41,161 nt of DNA from Oopsacas minuta (Eukaryota; Animalia; Porifera): assembly GCA_024704765.1 (NCBI GenBank), contig JAKMXF010000062.1, positions 1 through 41,161 of the forward strand, given 5' to 3'. The position numbers and the translations under genes are program-made. The notes under the pieces were generated by a model. The model did no database searches. It saw nothing but the letters and a program-made list of their open reading frames with translations, and was not told where the DNA came from. The first letter of the stretch is position 1. Every line of letters starts with the position of its first letter. This document shows, one piece after another, positions 14,201-26,200 of this stretch.

Positions 14201-17200
14201 TAACTTTTGGTATTGTGGCTCCTGTAGCATGGCAGGTGTCTGTGTAAGTATTTGCATAACTCCGACTACACATATTCTCTTCTCCTCATCTTTAGCAGTA
14301 ACTCCAGGTATTTCCGGTATAAACACCTTCTCAATCAACATTCCAAACAGGTTACCTTGGATACTGTCTATAGTATTCATTATATCAACTGGCCCGAATG
14401 AAATAACGAGAGAGCAGAAAGATTTTGTTAACCCTCTGACATAGAAAATAGTCCTGCTCTCTTGTAGCCGTTTGAAGCAGAGTATTAATATGTCTGTTAG
14501 GAATGGACGTACTATTTCAGCTCCTTGATACTGTAGGAGACTAGTTAGTATATTGAATCCTTCGTGATCATTTGATTTTGAAGCTAACAGCTTCTGGAAT
14601 ACTCCTAGTATTGCATGAACCTTACCTTCTGCTTGTATAGCCTCAGGACACTATAAGGAACATGTAATAATAGCGAGTAGACTTAAGAAACTCGTTAAAG
14701 ACCGAATTTTTCCGTAGAAAAAAATCCTAAAATTCACGAAAAACTGGCCAAGTTTTGACATAAATATTTGTGAATTTTCCTAAAATTATTCTACAAGTTT
14801 CTGTAATATTTAAATATAGCGATTAATATCATTTTGACGCCTTTGAGTTGAAAACTTTCCTTCTAATAGGTTTGAAGAAGTAGTGCTTATAATTAGGTAT
14901 ATTGAACAGGGGCAGGGGTTGGCAAAACTTTTTTCTGCGAATTCTAATTCCAAATTTTAAGCGGGCAATATTGACCTACGACTACTTTCCATTTTCTAAT
15001 TTATTAGAGAATTTACTAGCAAATTATCAAACAACAATAATAATACATAACAATTGACTAATATTGTTTCTGAGAGCATTGCAGCTAATTCTGCATTTTT
15101 AGTAGTTTGTCAAAATTGGTTTTCTTGGTGACATACTCAAATAACTTAAGCCAGGCGGGCCGTAGTTTTCCCACCCCTGATATAGTCCCACTAAGAAATT
15201 CGCTCATATTTATTGAGTTAGACGATGGACGGTCTACTCTACAGCAGGTAAAGATTCTTTGGTAAAATATGTGCCAAATCCAAACTGGTCAAAATTGTTC
15301 CCATTCATTTTTAAAGCTTCCATGACTGACAAGACCAGACCGAAGTAGATAGGTTAGCTTCTACGATCACAGGCGTTAAGACTCATGTGTCTGGATGGAG
15401 AAAAATGACTCATGTCCAGCTCTAAACATTGTATTATGTATATTATGGTGTCGAATCATATTGGGCACGTGGCTACCAGGGGGTATTATTTATACACGGT
15501 ATCCGAGCACTCTCTTAGCGCTCTTCCCGAATTTACTACGCCTCAATCAGTAAATTTGTGTTACGGTATAGTGAAAGATCCTCAATCTTACCGTCTTAAT
15601 ATAATTTCACCAAAAGCATGAGGCTAGAGGAGCGTCCGGTGCCCATAGATAATCCTTGGTGGCCACAAAATTTATCTCAGTACTTGACGGGCACCTACAG
15701 GCTGTGCAACAGCCATGAAGGACACAAAGTGCTGGCTGTGAAACTCAAATTAGTACAGGTACCCAGAAAGGCTCGGGCCATTTTGCTTTCTTCCCCAAAA
15801 ATTGGAATACATATTTCCCTAATATTGTGATGATTATAACTTACTTTCTGAATGAATGCTTGCATTAGCCTGCTAAGAGCTGGTACAGTCCCTATCCTCT
15901 CCCATAGCATTGGAGATAGTATCAGAGGGAATATAGCTGTGTATGACTCTGCTATAGGCTGATCTCTGAGCTCAAGCATCAATGCTAGCAGCTGGAAGTT
16001 GTAGGGTAGAAATTCTAATACATCTCTAACCTAGATAGTAGGATTAATAAAATAATGTAGAGATCTGATGCATTAACCGATTCAGGCTTAGTTACCGAGT
16101 AAGTAGCCATTGCAGTTAGGAAAATATAAATAATCCTATTAATAATTATCCAAATAAATTCTAATTACATAAAGTGTACTAGTAAGTGCGTACACTTTAA
16201 CAATCTCTCTCGTTTTTGGAATAATTAGCAATCTATCTTTGAATGAATAAATATTAAATACAAAAGCCAAACCCCAAAACTTCTAGCTAGCAAAGCTCGC
16301 GGTCGTTTTCTAGTTACTTAACACCCCCCTGAAATTTCAAAATCAACCACAGAGAATTGTAAATAAGAGCATACTTGTAATTGCTCGGATTTCGGAGGAG
16401 GTGTAGCTATTGGGTAATATTTTAATATTCATGTCACATCAAACACCTCCCTAAATGATATCTGCATAACTCAACGATGGCATCGCTACTAATTACGGTT
16501 GAATGATTAGAGGTAACATGCTGCTCCCCGGTCCCCTCAGCTAACCACACTGCCATCTATGCCACTGTGTCCTGTCATATTATCCAAATTCAAATATTCA
16601 ATAAAAGAGTATAGGCGCAACCCAAGGGTACTTAGGGTGCAGCCCCGTTTAGCCAAATCCCAAAATAAACTAGAAATGTATAATACCAACATATATGACC
16701 ACAGGTTGTGATACCAAATGGCTGGATAGTTTAAGTATGATTTCGGCACCTATAAACATCACTGTCCCTTCAGGTGTCGTTCATAGTAGTATATACAAAT
16801 CAGAATTCAAAACAAGTTCATAGTTCATAACGTCAAGGTTATTGACATATACTAATAGAATCCATAAAGGATTATTGACCGCTCTTACCATAATATCTTC
16901 AAACACTGGGAAGAGACACTGCTCAAAGCTTGTTACTGCAGAGGGATGTTGTGTACATACTCCTCTTATTGAAGCTCCTATTGCCTCAAATAGAAAGTGG
17001 TTGAAATGTGGTTTTGTAGGGTTTTTGGATGCCTAAAGATTTGAGAGAGTATAAATATATTAAATAAGCTCAAATCTCAAAATTCAATCTGTCCAGACCT
17101 AATTAAATTATCACCAAATCTATTGCAGTAGATTAATGAAAGAAAATATAATTTCTACAAATAACTTGTATATAGCTCAGCTATACTATAGTACAGTTTT

Positions 17201-20200
17201 GTGTATTAGATTTCTATGTTCGAGGAAAGGTCATTTTTTCGGATTAATGAAGTCACCTTTTCGAATGAGGGTATGGGGTTTTGTATTGCAAATAACTGTA
17301 CTAACTATAGCTCAGCTATATATAAGGAATCTCATTATTCAAGTCACTCTAAAGCCAAATATATACAATACAGCAAAGTCTGTATAGTAGGACAATATTA
17401 CAAGAAACCTGTTGCCTATAGGAATAGAAACATTTATTTTCCTCTAACTAGAGCTATAAGGCAATTGGTAGGGTATGGTGATAATAGCTGTAAGGCAGTT
17501 CTAATTAATTGTGTAATTGTATTAGATAACAGTGTCAGGAGTTACCATAGCAATCATTGCGATACATAGGTAGGTACCGGTTACGAAATATCTACAGTAG
17601 AGTCTCCGAATAACAGACACGTTGGGGACATCGCTTCTGTTTGTTTTTAGGGAGTTGTTCGCTCCTCTGAGACTGCTAATGTGTTACATATATGATTGCT
17701 AATCCATTCCGTTACAGGAGGTTTGTCCGCTTCTCGGAGTGTCCATTTTGGGAGACGCCATTGTATTATCAGTGTATCTGTAATCATGGCTAGCAAACTA
17801 AACTATAGCAATTCTGCAGGTAAGAAAGAATGGGAGCTGTACTACTCTCTCAAGAGTCAGCCTGTCATAGCTGCTAGGAAGAAAGGGAAAGCATTCAATG
17901 AATTAAATGATGCTAGAGGTATAGCTTTAGATGAACAATCAGCTGTTATACATAGGTAATAGTCGTATTCAAGTTATATCTTATGACGGAAACTTCTTAA
18001 CAAATTTGGGGAAAGGTATACTCATAAATCCATGGGAATAGCACTGGTACAAGTTTATGTGTTAGTTACTGACACAGAGCTCTGTGGGTTGGTGAAATTC
18101 TGCGAATACAATCTAGTCAGGACTGGTACCAGAGGAACAGGGGAGGGAGAGCTCTCCAATCCTCATGGACTCTGTGTAGACTATAATGGCGATGTGTATA
18201 TTGCTGACAGTCTCAATAATGGAGTTTGTGTATCCTCAAAATAATCAAACTTTCTGGCTTGTTTCGGTAAAAGTCAATAAGAAGATACTCAAGAAATACA
18301 AGTTAATCCTGACAACTTCTACTCGAGAAGTGCACACCTAATTAACTCGGGTATCTCTAATGAGTTGCTTAGTATAGTTCTAGCTTCAAGATTCTTCTGT
18401 TTAGATGAATCGGGGAATATTCTAATTACTGATTTTTCAATCACTACGTAGGAATATTCTCACCATTAAGACAGCTGATACACACCATAGGGTGCATTGG
18501 ACACAGAAGAGGAGAGTTTCTACGTCCCGATAGTATCTGTCACCAAAATAAGGAACAATATTTGTTACATCTCGTAATTTGAATTATTGTATTCAATCTT
18601 ATTTGTTTATTTGTATTCAATCTTATTTGTTTATTTGTATGTAATATTCATATTTTAGGAAGCAAGCTTACTTGCTGTATGGCTGGCTGGCGAAGATTTC
18701 GTTCCACCGAAAAATGTATTTCCCTAAGGAGCCAATCAATTTACAGTCTCAGATAGGAATTAAGAACGAATCAAAATACAGCATTAGGTCATAATTATAA
18801 GACTATTCATCCTGGATAAACCCTCTAATCTGATAGGTCAAGTGTTTATTACCTATCTCAGATAGTTGTTGAGATTCCCTCAGCTATTTATCTACAGTGG
18901 AACCTCAGAATTACGGTCATCCTTGGATGCTTCATTTCTGGAATACATTAATGCTAATGTCTCCAAGTGGTAGTCCAAACCCGTGCCAAGCTAAGGTTTG
19001 TAGGTTATTCCTATTCATCATAAAGATACCTAATCTTAGAACTACAAATAATTATTTCGAATATCCGAACACTTTAGGACAGACAAAAGCCTTATGATAA
19101 TCATTTATTTGGACAATAGTGCTTGTTATTAGATAGTGTAATACAGGGCTGTAGCAAGTAGATTTACTTTGGTCCGTTTGAAACCTTACCAACTGGGAGC
19201 TTCTCCTACAGTATTAATTATACTTTAAACATATCATACTTCTAAACAAAAGATATGTTCTTATAACAGGTACAGGAATATATGAGAACCGTATTCCAGA
19301 GGATGGTGCTTATATCCGATATACACTATATATACTCCATGCATGTTCTATCTGGTAACATGTAGCTATAAATTACATTTAAGAGTGTTTCGCCTCGGCT
19401 AAGGCTCCTCAGTCAGGCTGCCATTCTCCTGATACACAGCTAATTATACACACTGTATTGTCATGCAGGAGTACAGACAGATGGATTCAGCTATTATACA
19501 TCTAGGAGGGTGTATGCGTCTATGAACACTTCCATGACCAAATTCTAATACAGTGGATGTCGGTTATAGAACACCCTTGAGGGTAGCAATACAAATTCAT
19601 ATAACCGGCTATATATACATGCAGGAATATATGAGAACAGTATTCCAGAGGATGGTGCTTTATTGCCATATTCTTATAACCTGCATACATAGTCTTGTAA
19701 ACTAATATGTGACGAATAGCTGGAAAATTGTAGTATAGTTATATGTGAAGCGAGAATGACAGCTGACTGATGATATAGTTATTTGATTATTTAACTAATT
19801 GCACTGTACAACAAATTTTCATTTTGGAAGAAACGAGAACCTGATTGATCTCCTGATTCCGAATATGAATACAGTTTTGCTCAATCACGCAACAAGTTTA
19901 CAGAAATTTGCAAAGATTATATATCGGAATATCATCTAGTCATGTAAAACCTTCTGAACATTATTAAACTACTTTGTAGAGCAAATATATACCAGAACGA
20001 GCTAGTATAGGCAAGAAATTGGTCATTTTAATAACGAAATCTAAATCACACATACAATAAATGAGAAAAAAATCACAAAATATCGTAAAATACCATATCA
20101 ATATAAGGTATAGCCAATACAGAGATATTACTTGTAATAAATGAATTCAAACATCCTCACAAGTTTTACATGACTAGATCATATTTATTTGCCATTTTCC

Positions 20201-23200
20201 CAATTTGCAAGTTGAATTCTGTAAAATTGTTGCGTGATTGAGCAAAACTGTATTCATATTCGGAATCAGGAGATCCTAGTTGACTACAGAGACCTAATCA
20301 GGAGATCCTAGTTGACTATAGAGACCTAATCAGGTTCTCGTTATTTTCCAAAATGGATATTAGTTGTACAGTGTTATTATACGTGATGATATTTATGCCA
20401 AGTGTTAGTGCTGTAGTAGTATCAGTAGTGTCCTGTAATAAACTCTAACACAAACCTTCCATAGCTTATCAACCAAGACAGGAATAACCTTCTCAACACA
20501 AGCAGCTTGATCTGTTCCAGACTTTACTATAAGTCTCATAACACACTTCATAGCATACTCATTATCCTCATTGCCCTGTACTCCCAGCATGTGTATTAGA
20601 TTAGCTAGTAAAGATTGTATATGAGGCTTTATGGAGTCTAGCTGAAGAGATTGAGGAGAACTGTTTGTCTGTTAATGATAGGAATATATGTAAGGAAATG
20701 TCATGTATAATTATTTAGTGTATATTTATGTAATTGTGCACTATCATAGACGGACAGGATGAATGTGGGCGCCGAAGCCCTCTCGTTTGGTTACAGCCCC
20801 CCTTGATTATTCAAGTTATTAGAAAGTTGAACGCCCCTGAATGCTAATTATGTCAGATGTGATGCAAAGTATGCAAGAATGACAACAGAGTTTAGAGAAC
20901 AGAACGATTCAAGGATTGAATATTGAATTATATGAGAGGCACTTGTGAGCATTGAAGCATATTACCTCAGTTCTTGGGACAGTATAGGAATAATATTAGT
21001 TATTCTCTGGGAATATTTTACAACTACTGTGAATTGCGCTTGTTATACATGAACCAAGTCAGTAACCCCTATCTCGTAATGCTTAATGTATAGTCTAGGC
21101 GTAGGGGTATTACCATGAGAACTGAAGAATTCCTGTCTGAGTGGCTTCAATAAAATCATTCCGTTGAGATTTTCCCTGACACTTCACTAATAGTGGATTA
21201 AGTATGTACCAATAGTATTAAGATTAGGAAGATTAGCAAGAATTCCCGCGCATAAGTACAATACATACAAATTTACTGAATCATGCGCGTATAGTAAAGC
21301 AGCATACCAAACTTACCATGAATAGAATCTTCTCACAGAATGCAGCAGCATAAGTATTAACTACTCTAGAGCTACTAAGCAGCAGTCCTGTAACAGAACT
21401 GATAGCATCTGCTAACACATCACTAGACAACAAGCTTCTGAAGTGTAGCACATATGTAATAGCTGTAGCCTCAAGCATTGGATAGCATGGAGAGGTGTGT
21501 TTCAGTTCTGAGGCCACTTGAGTCCAGTATATATCTGTAATGTTAACGAGACCGCTAATCTTAGTTATTCCGTATCTCTCTGTCTTACCTCTACTCGCTA
21601 GGGATAGGATTAGGAATAAGGCTGCGTCTTTATCTCTCCAGCGGGTAGATGGATTCTGTTGATATTCACCTGACAGATTAGATAACAACATAAATACAGG
21701 ACACGTACTCACGGGGGAATAATATGTAACATTATAGTCTGTGAAGACTGAATAGTCACTTAATTTTCTCCAGTGGGACTCGTAGATGCGAAAACCAACG
21801 GACAATCAAAATCCTCTTAGTAATCTATATTATTAAAATCAATTATTGTGTGGGTGTGGCTGCTTGTTTATCCACTTTGTATTAATGATAAGGGAAGATG
21901 ATCTGCGTATATAATATAGAGAATAACATATCCTCTGTTGACGAGTATGCTGATTCCGATTTTCACACTTTCGAATTAATCATATGTAAATTTATTTGTT
22001 GTTTTATGAATATAAAGTAAACAAATAGTTGAAATCGAAATATACTTAGAGGCTTGCTCTCAACAGACATATGGGGGAAATCAAGTACGCTGATTCCGAA
22101 TATGATATTTTCAACCACGTTGTAGATATTTGTTGTTTTTATGTGTATAAAGTAAACAATTTTCTAATCAATCCTAGAAACTTGCTTTCAACCTTTATAC
22201 TGAGCTAATCGGGTATGCTGATTCCAAATATGAATTTATCACCAATGTATAGTGAATATCTTGCTACTTATATACTCTCCATAATTCAGTATTCTTTATA
22301 TCATATTATTAAGCACCTTGAGAGATACTGGAACAATAGCTATTCGCTATAATACACATATTATTGCTTCTAAACATGAATTGTTTTAGGAAATCGACGA
22401 TGGAATAAAATAATTTCTAAAGATTTTCAGTCCCTTGCATGTGATAATATTGCCATATATGGTCATAACTCAGAAGTTGTTGTTTTTCGGAGTAGTCTTT
22501 TCAGCAAACACTGATTGCAATATAATAATCGTCCAGAGGCTACTATTCCAGTAACTATAGTACAGATGTATAAGGATAGATTACTTTCGTTTAATTGATT
22601 ATTACTTGCAGAGATAGAGCTGATCAAAATTCACACTATATATACTGGGGCGTAACTACAGACCTCAGGGTGAGGAGGCAATGATAATATTTGCCTCAAT
22701 AATATTAGCGAATTAATTGTGAGATGGATAACTACCGAAAATCTTGAATGCAATATACACCTTAGATACGCATCTAATAAGAAATACGAACTTAACATTT
22801 GCTGGATAAACTTGTTGAATATTTCAATGACTTTCTCTTCGAAGTGTTTGCAGAGAGATTTAATTAGATGACAGGCAGCATGCCTACGAGTATCCACATC
22901 AGAACCTAGCAACAAGAGAGTAGTTAAGGTATGTAGATAGATTGTTGAAAGATTATTTGTTTCAAAGATAGGTATCGCAAACAACTAAGAGAGGGAGAAG
23001 TTGTGTACAATATTATTCTATAGCAAATACACCTGATTTTTGAGAGTGCTTCATACACGAATGTCTCAGTATACAAATGTCATACTTCCAAGCAAACACA
23101 TAAACACACAAATATGGAAAGAAACAATAATTAAACAATGAACAAACAAACAATATAAGATAGAATACTAATATTTACCTTCTAAATCTCTTCGTATATA

Positions 23201-26200
23201 TTCATCTGCATTATCCTCAAACTGTTCCTCATCTGTGTCTCTAAGCTGTACATTAGGAAGTATTACCTGTTATATGTAATGGAATAATTAGCTATATTAA
23301 CCCATTACAGACGAAGTTTTAAGTTCGGAATGAAAAGGGACACTAAAATATTAATATTTCATATTAACCAATTCACACACCCAAAACGAGATTTTAGCAC
23401 CTTTTTGACGTCACATTTTCCCGGCAGTATTCGGTTAAACGGGATATAAACAGGGATGGCAACAGCTAAGCTGTTAACAGCCAACGAAAATTGTGCCCAT
23501 TATAGTGACCTCTCTATAGAGGTCACCTGCTCAACGCGGCCAGCGGCTACATTTTTGGTCCCTACTGGCGCTAAACCTGTCATAATGGCCACTTTATATA
23601 GTGTTCGCCTCCCATAAGGTCTACCATTTACAAGTCCCTTGGATTACCACCATTAACTACTTCCACTGTATTATCTAAAATATCGGTCACTTCTCTATAG
23701 CGGCCACTTTTGGTCAGTCCCTTCGCTAGCCGTTATAGATAAGTTTAACTGTACATCCTATTAGCATCAATTCATATGAAAAGCTAGCAAAATTCAACTA
23801 ATCTTGGGAAAGTTAGATTTTGTTGACACCCTGTGCATTATTCAGGAATGTTATTATAATATTGACAGCTTTGTCCTCTGTCTGCATGTCCAATTGACCA
23901 GGTTTCAGACCAACTTTGGTGTCCCTATACATTATATATCTATTGTTATCTCAATAGTATCAATTTTCATACTGAATGCATTAGCTATCTATAATAGACT
24001 GGTGTACGTAATTCTAGTAGTTATAATACAGTTGCTATGGTTGCTAAGGACGTCAAGCGAAAGCAGAAAAATCAATAAATAGGATTCGGTGAGTATAGTT
24101 ATATATCTACTACTAACAACTAAAGGTAGCTATTATAGTAACATGTCTGAGAACAAAGATTGTCCGCTTGTGTACAAAGCTAAGCTTGCAGAGCAAACAG
24201 AACGATATGATGGTGAGTACTGTATTTGTTGAATTATTGTTTATTTTGTATACAATAAATCTTGAGTTTAACGACAAATCGATAACATTAACATTCTTTC
24301 CCCACTAATGACTAACCCTAGCATTTTGTACATATAATATTTCAAGTTTTGAAAGTCTGTTCCCCGGTATACGAGTTAGTCTGTTCCCGGGTATACGAGT
24401 TAGTCTGTTCCCGGGTATACGAGTTAGTCTGTTCCCGGGTATACGAGTTAGTCTGTTCCCGGTATACGAGTTAGTCTGTTCCCGGTATACGAGTTATTCG
24501 GACAGGAATTATATACACTTTTATGAGTTTTATCTTCCTGCTGAATCATGTCCGATCGGTAGTTACAACTTTGGAGCATTATGTACTGTCATACTTGCCA
24601 ACTGTTAAGCGGGACGTCCCGTTTTTTCGGACATATGTTGAGGGCCAATTAGGCTAATGTCTCGCCAAACTTGCCAAAAACCTTAATTATCTCGATTTTT
24701 TGGAAACCAATCTAATACAAATATGCTACGTCCCGCTAAATTAGTATCTTCCGTCCCACTGTTTCTTCACTAAGGTTGGTAAGTTTGTACTGTGTGACGT
24801 CAGAACTAACTTGCATGGCAACAACTCGGAGGTACATCTATTTGATAATTCGGGAAAATAGGATTTTGATAATTCTAATTACATCTAAATCACGTGTAAT
24901 GTAATGAAGTCGTATTCGCAAGAGTGTTGTAACTAATACAATAAACAGATTCCTTATATATAGCTCAACTATAGTACAGTTTTTTGTAATACAAAAACCC
25001 CATACCCTCATTCCAAAAAGGTGACTTTCATTAGGCCTAACAAATGACCTTTCCTCGAACATAGAAAAGCTAATACACAAAAGCTGTACTATAGTATAGT
25101 TGAGCTATACAAGTTATTTGTATAATATAATATATTTGGTGTCTATTTATAAAAGGGAATGCTCAAAACGTACAATGGGCAGGGAGTGCGGGTGGTATGC
25201 GATGTGTAAAGCCCCATTCTTTGTATTACAAAACGGTGAAAAACGTGACACAGAGAGGTAGGGTAGGGAGGGGGTTATAATCTAGTGAATATTTCTTTAA
25301 CTAGCGCTTAGACGGCCTCATAATTAAGATTCTAAAAATATGCTGGTCACTCTTTCGAAAAGTGATAAAATATGACGTATGCTTACAACACGTCAACTAA
25401 CTGATTGATTAGCTGTGATCCTGTAACCCCAGGGATATCCATTCTTTCACTATTATGTTTCTAGTTAGTATTATGAATATTACATTTATAGTGGCAGTAA
25501 AGTACTCACTAATCCTTAGTAGATTCATTGCTGCTCTGATAAAACTAACTAAACCGGGTGTACAGCCCTTTTTTGTGTCCAAAAATTTCCCAGAAATTCA
25601 GGGGAATTTTTGGGCTCCGTCTAGAGATTGATGTGACACCAGGTATAATAAGTGTGATGTGACACCAGGTATAATAAGTGTGATGTGACACCAGGTATAA
25701 TAAGTGTGATGTGACACCAGGTATAATAAATGTGATGTGACACCAGGTATAATAAGTGTGGTGTGACACCAGGTATAATAAGTGTGATGTGACACCAGGT
25801 ATAATAAGTGTGATGTGACACCAGGTATAATAAGCGTGGTTAAATCCTAATTATTCTGTATATTTTAGAGATGGTGAGTCACATGGAAACAAAAATAAAG
25901 GAGAAACATAAAAGTGGGGAAAACCTCAGTACAGAAGAGAGGAATCTACTCTCTGTTGCCTACAAGAATGTTATCGGTAGTAGGAGAGCAGCATGGAGGA
26001 TAATCAGCTCTATTGAAACAAAAGAAAAGCATAGATCTGCACCTAACGAGAACAAACTACAACTAATCACAGTTAGTTATTACAGGAATATTTATTCTTA
26101 TTTGTTGTAATTCAGGCGCCGTTATAGGTGAAGCGCCCTGACGGGTAAAGGAGGGTTCCCTGTGCTAATAAAAGGCGGTTGAACGGAATAATTACTTTGT

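Noticed and set aside
16540-16800. Possible retropepsin-like remnant on the minus strand (..VVIYV..FILG..)
   Set aside because: Similarity is too weak and interrupted to support by eye; it needs a BLASTx/HMM search.
24354-25836. Tandem arrays as possible CRISPR arrays
   Set aside because: Units are head-to-tail with no unique spacers, there are no cas genes, and the context is a eukaryotic intron.
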